Shown in pieces: positions 27,588 to 32,000 of a stretch of DNA of 32,000 bases (position 1 is its first letter; the number at the start of each line of letters is the position of its first letter). The notes under the pieces were generated by a model. The model saw nothing but the letters and a program-made list of their open reading frames with translations. It made no database searches and had not been told where the DNA came from. Source of the stretch: Candidatus Baldrarchaeota archaeon (lineage in GTDB: Archaea > Asgardarchaeota > Baldrarchaeia > Baldrarchaeales > DXJG01); the NCBI GenBank assembly GCA_019056805.1, contig DXJG01000002.1, forward strand, positions 74,735-106,734. The letters run 5' to 3'. The position numbers and the translations under genes were made by a program.

Positions 27588-28352
27588 ATGCGCGTCCTTG
27601 CACCGATTTACAAGCTTTATGAATGGTTATTATGGAAGCAAATAAAACAAGGAAAAAAACCTGAACATATTGGTGTAATACTAGATGGTAATAGACGGTA
27701 CGCTAAACAATTAAAACTAGAAACATGGAATGGTCATAAAATAGGGGCTGAAAAAGTAAAAGATTTTTTGGAGTGGTGTTGGGAAGCAGGTATAAGAGTT
27801 GTAACACTATATGTTTTTAGCACAGAAAATTTTAAGCGTAATAGAAAAGAAGTTGAAGAAATAATGAAACTAGCTAAACAAAAATTTGAAGAAGTCCTCA
27901 CGGATCCTCGTATCCATAAACATCAAGTGAGAATAAAAGCAATCGGTAGATTACATTTATTACCTAAGGATGTACGCGAAGTCGTAAAGAAAGCAGAAGA
28001 AGAAACTAAATCCTATAATAGGTATTTCTTAAATGTTGCAATAGGATACGGAGGACGAGCAGAAATTGTTGATGCATTCAGAAAAATTGCAAAAATGGTA
28101 GCAAAGGGAGAACTGAGCCCTGAATCCATAAATGAAAATCTTGTCGAAAAATACCTATATACGGCAGGATTACCCGATCCAGATCTTATTATTCGTACAT
28201 CCGGAGAGGAAAGACTTTCAGGTTTCCTTCTCTGGCAGTCTGCATATTCCGAATTTTACTTTTTGGATGTTTATTGGCCAGCAGTTAGAAAAATAGATTT
28301 GTGGAGAGCTATAAGAACTTACCAGCAACGCCAGCGACGTTTTGGAAAATAA
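27588..28352 (+). CDS. uppS: cis-prenyltransferase (polyprenyl diphosphate synthase)
   Basis: HIGVILDGNRRYA, FSTENFKR, IGYGGRAEI, PDLIIRTSGEERLSGFLLWQSAYSE, RRFG. Confidence 0.97.
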   Translation: MRVLAPIYKLYEWLLWKQIKQGKKPEHIGVILDGNRRYAKQLKLETWNGHKIGAEKVKDFLEWCWEAGIRVVTLYVFSTENFKRNRKEVEEIMKLAKQKFEEVLTDPRIHKHQVRIKAIGRLHLLPKDVREVVKKAEEETKSYNRYFLNVAIGYGGRAEIVDAFRKIAKMVAKGELSPESINENLVEKYLYTAGLPDPDLIIRTSGEERLSGFLLWQSAYSEFYFLDVYWPAVRKIDLWRAIRTYQQRQRRFGK

Positions 28353-28358
28353 GAAAAA

Positions 28359-28610
28359 TTAATGTTCTTCGGCTATATTTTTCTCATCTGTGATGTAAAC
28401 TCCCTTTTTAACTAGTACTATGTCTTCTATTGCTGAGAGCCAATGATACGGTATTACTATTCTCTGTTCTTCGCCAGAAGGTAACTTAACATCTACATCG
28501 ATTTTTGTAATTCTTTTCTTTTTTAAATCGATCACGACATCAGCAACGTTTCCAATATATTTACCCATGATACTATATACCTTTTTTCCCAAGAGAGAAG
28601 TAAGTTTCAC
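28359..28610 (-). CDS. Single PRC-barrel domain protein (CdpB-like)
   Basis: L.SLLGKKVY...GKYIG.V.DVVID......I..I...VIPY.W..AI.DIVLV. Confidence 0.82.
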   Translation of the reverse strand: MKLTSLLGKKVYSIMGKYIGNVADVVIDLKKKRITKIDVDVKLPSGEEQRIVIPYHWLSAIEDIVLVKKGVYITDEKNIAEEH

Positions 28611-28622
28611 CTATTTTTCCTC

Positions 28623-29339
28623 CTAGGAAGAAGATGATAATATTATACGGGCGTCAACGGTTTTTGCACCTTTGTCGTATGCAAATATGGGATTTAAATC
28701 TAATTGATCAATTTCTGGATGTTCTATAACTAGTTTTGAAACTTTTAAAATAATATCAACAAGTTTATCAATGTCTACAGGGGGTCTTCCTCTAATTCCA
28801 GTAAGAATTGGGTAACTTTTAATTTCTGTTATCATTTCTCTAGCATCATATTCTGTAAGAGGGGCAATTCGAAAGCTCACATCTTTAAATACTTCTACAA
28901 AAATACCACCCAATCCAAACATTATGGCAGGACCGAACTGCGGATCTTTAGTCATTCCCACAATGACTTCAGCAATAGGTTCGGGAGCATACTCTTGTAC
29001 TAGGACTCCTATAATCCTTGCATTTGCCTTATATTTCTTTACATTTTCTATAATTTCTTTATAGGCTTTTTTCACTTCCTCATCACTTTTAAGATTAACT
29101 TTTACTCCTCCTGCATCACTTTTATGGATTATATCTGGGGAAAGTATCTTTAGAACTACCGGGTAGCCTATTTTCTCCGCACATTCTACAGCTTCGTCTA
29201 TGTTTCTAGCAACTTCAAATTTAGTTACAGGGATTCCATATGCCCGTATAATGGTTTTTGCTTCATTTTCAAGTAAATATGTCCTATTTTCCATTCGCGC
29301 TTTTTCAATTATCTCTTTGACTTCGTTCACCTTATTCAC
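28623..29339 (-). CDS. acdB: Acetate--CoA ligase (ADP-forming) beta subunit (ATP-grasp)
   Basis: LLE.EAK, GYPVVLKILSPDIIHKSDAGGV, DPQFGPAIMFGLGGIFVEVFKDVSFR, DLNP, VDARI. Confidence 0.93.
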   Translation of the reverse strand: MNKVNEVKEIIEKARMENRTYLLENEAKTIIRAYGIPVTKFEVARNIDEAVECAEKIGYPVVLKILSPDIIHKSDAGGVKVNLKSDEEVKKAYKEIIENVKKYKANARIIGVLVQEYAPEPIAEVIVGMTKDPQFGPAIMFGLGGIFVEVFKDVSFRIAPLTEYDAREMITEIKSYPILTGIRGRPPVDIDKLVDIILKVSKLVIEHPEIDQLDLNPIFAYDKGAKTVDARIILSSSS

Positions 29340-29471
29340 CCCTTAAGATCGTTACAACTAAACCACATAGGTATTTATTTTTAGCTATGTAACCTAGATA
29401 TTATCAAATTAATGTTCATATCAAAAACAAGCTTTAATAAAACTATGTTGCTTCTATCTTTTAGTTAGTTT

Positions 29472-30263
29472 TTATCTAAAGGTCAAGTAATCCTCTCCAC
29501 CTGCATATATACGTTGCAACATTGCATATAAGTCATCTAAACCTTCATTCCTTGAAGCAGAGACCGGAATAAGATCTCCAGGTCTTCCCATTTCATTTAA
29601 AATACTGAAAATTTTCAAACTCATTTCCCTTCTTAAACCAGAAAATTTCTTGTCTATAGTTTCAGCCAATTTATAGAAATCTTCCGACCAACTAAGAATT
29701 TTTTGTCTTTCCTCCTCTTCTAACAAATCCACCTTTGATAAAACATAAACTTGAGGAATTTGAAAACGATACTCCACCGAAATCCCAAGTAAAAGAACAG
29801 ATACATATCCATAAGGATTTTTAGCAAGAATAGGATCTACTAAATACACAGAAGCGACACCTTCTCCACCAAGTGCAGAAACTATAAGAGGACCAGCACT
29901 TCTATATGCAAAAAGTTCCATTTGACCCGGTGTATCCACCAGAACATACTCAGGATTTAAATCTGCAATTTCTTCTTTTATTTTATCTATTTCTCCTGTC
30001 ATCATATCAACGCTAGCAATCAATGCTCCATTCGGTCCTAAATCATAATTAAGCATAACATCCTCCACTCTAATATAATCTCTAGCATCTACATCCGGCA
30101 CGTAAGGTAAATTTCGAACACCCGGATCTAAATTAACTGTTATAACATCTAATTCGTGGTCTTTTAACCATTCAGCAAAGCTTGCTGTTAACGTTGATTT
30201 ACCGCTTCCAGCAGTTCCAATAAAATACGTGAAAAACACATCCTTCACTCTCCATTTTGACAA
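29472..30263 (-). CDS. GPN-loop GTPase
   Basis: GTAGSGKST, NLDPG, LGPNGAL (GPN loop), DTPGQMELF, SKVD. Confidence 0.93.
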   Translation of the reverse strand: MSKWRVKDVFFTYFIGTAGSGKSTLTASFAEWLKDHELDVITVNLDPGVRNLPYVPDVDARDYIRVEDVMLNYDLGPNGALIASVDMMTGEIDKIKEEIADLNPEYVLVDTPGQMELFAYRSAGPLIVSALGGEGVASVYLVDPILAKNPYGYVSVLLLGISVEYRFQIPQVYVLSKVDLLEEEERQKILSWSEDFYKLAETIDKKFSGLRREMSLKIFSILNEMGRPGDLIPVSASRNEGLDDLYAMLQRIYAGGEDYLTFR

Positions 30264-30468
30264 TAATTCATGAGCAACACGGACTATTATTCTTTTCTCA
30301 CATGTTTAACGCTGCTTAAAATTTTAGTTAATAAGAAACTAGCGTTAATGTCTTCAGTAATAAGTCCTTGAGACTAAAGGTCAGTATCTTGAACAATTTT
30401 GATATAAATAGAAAATATTTGTAATTAAATTTGAACAGATTGGATATTAGATTTTGTTAGTATGTTAT

Positions 30469-32000
<1,532 letters not shown>

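Overview
AT-rich, gene-dense archaeal core-genome window with GGAGG/GGTGA Shine-Dalgarno motifs and many TTG/GTG starts. The combination of eS30, GatDE, TFE-beta, Gar1/SRP19/eS8 and a four-Roadblock plus small-GTPase cluster suggests an Asgard (or at least TACK/Asgard) archaeon; this is inference, not a database result. Gene order: partial PflX-like radical SAM gene, glmS, a wHTH regulator with an S-layer-C-like domain, convergent gatE and gatD, elp3, an eS30 gene missed by the ORF track, a large secreted membrane-anchored subtilase, pyrK/pyrD, nop5-flpA-DUF61-COG1395, rnhB, trm1, rlmE, the TFE-beta/TFB/Gar1/SRP19/eS8 string, a lone hypE, four Roadblock/LC7 genes around an MglA-like GTPase, uppS, a PRC-barrel protein, acdB, a GPN-loop GTPase and the 3' part of cdc48. 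Best leads: (1) the subtilase is split by a one-base frameshift in a G8 tract immediately before its catalytic His, and a perfect 17-bp inverted repeat lies just upstream of it (a possible phase-variable, regulated surface protease, or a homopolymer sequencing error); (2) the Roadblock x4 + MglA-like module includes a dynein-light-chain (DYNLRB)-like member and one with an extra C-terminal helix; (3) a sharply bounded patch of different codon usage lies inside cdc48. I recognised no tRNA, rRNA, CRISPR array or transposase.
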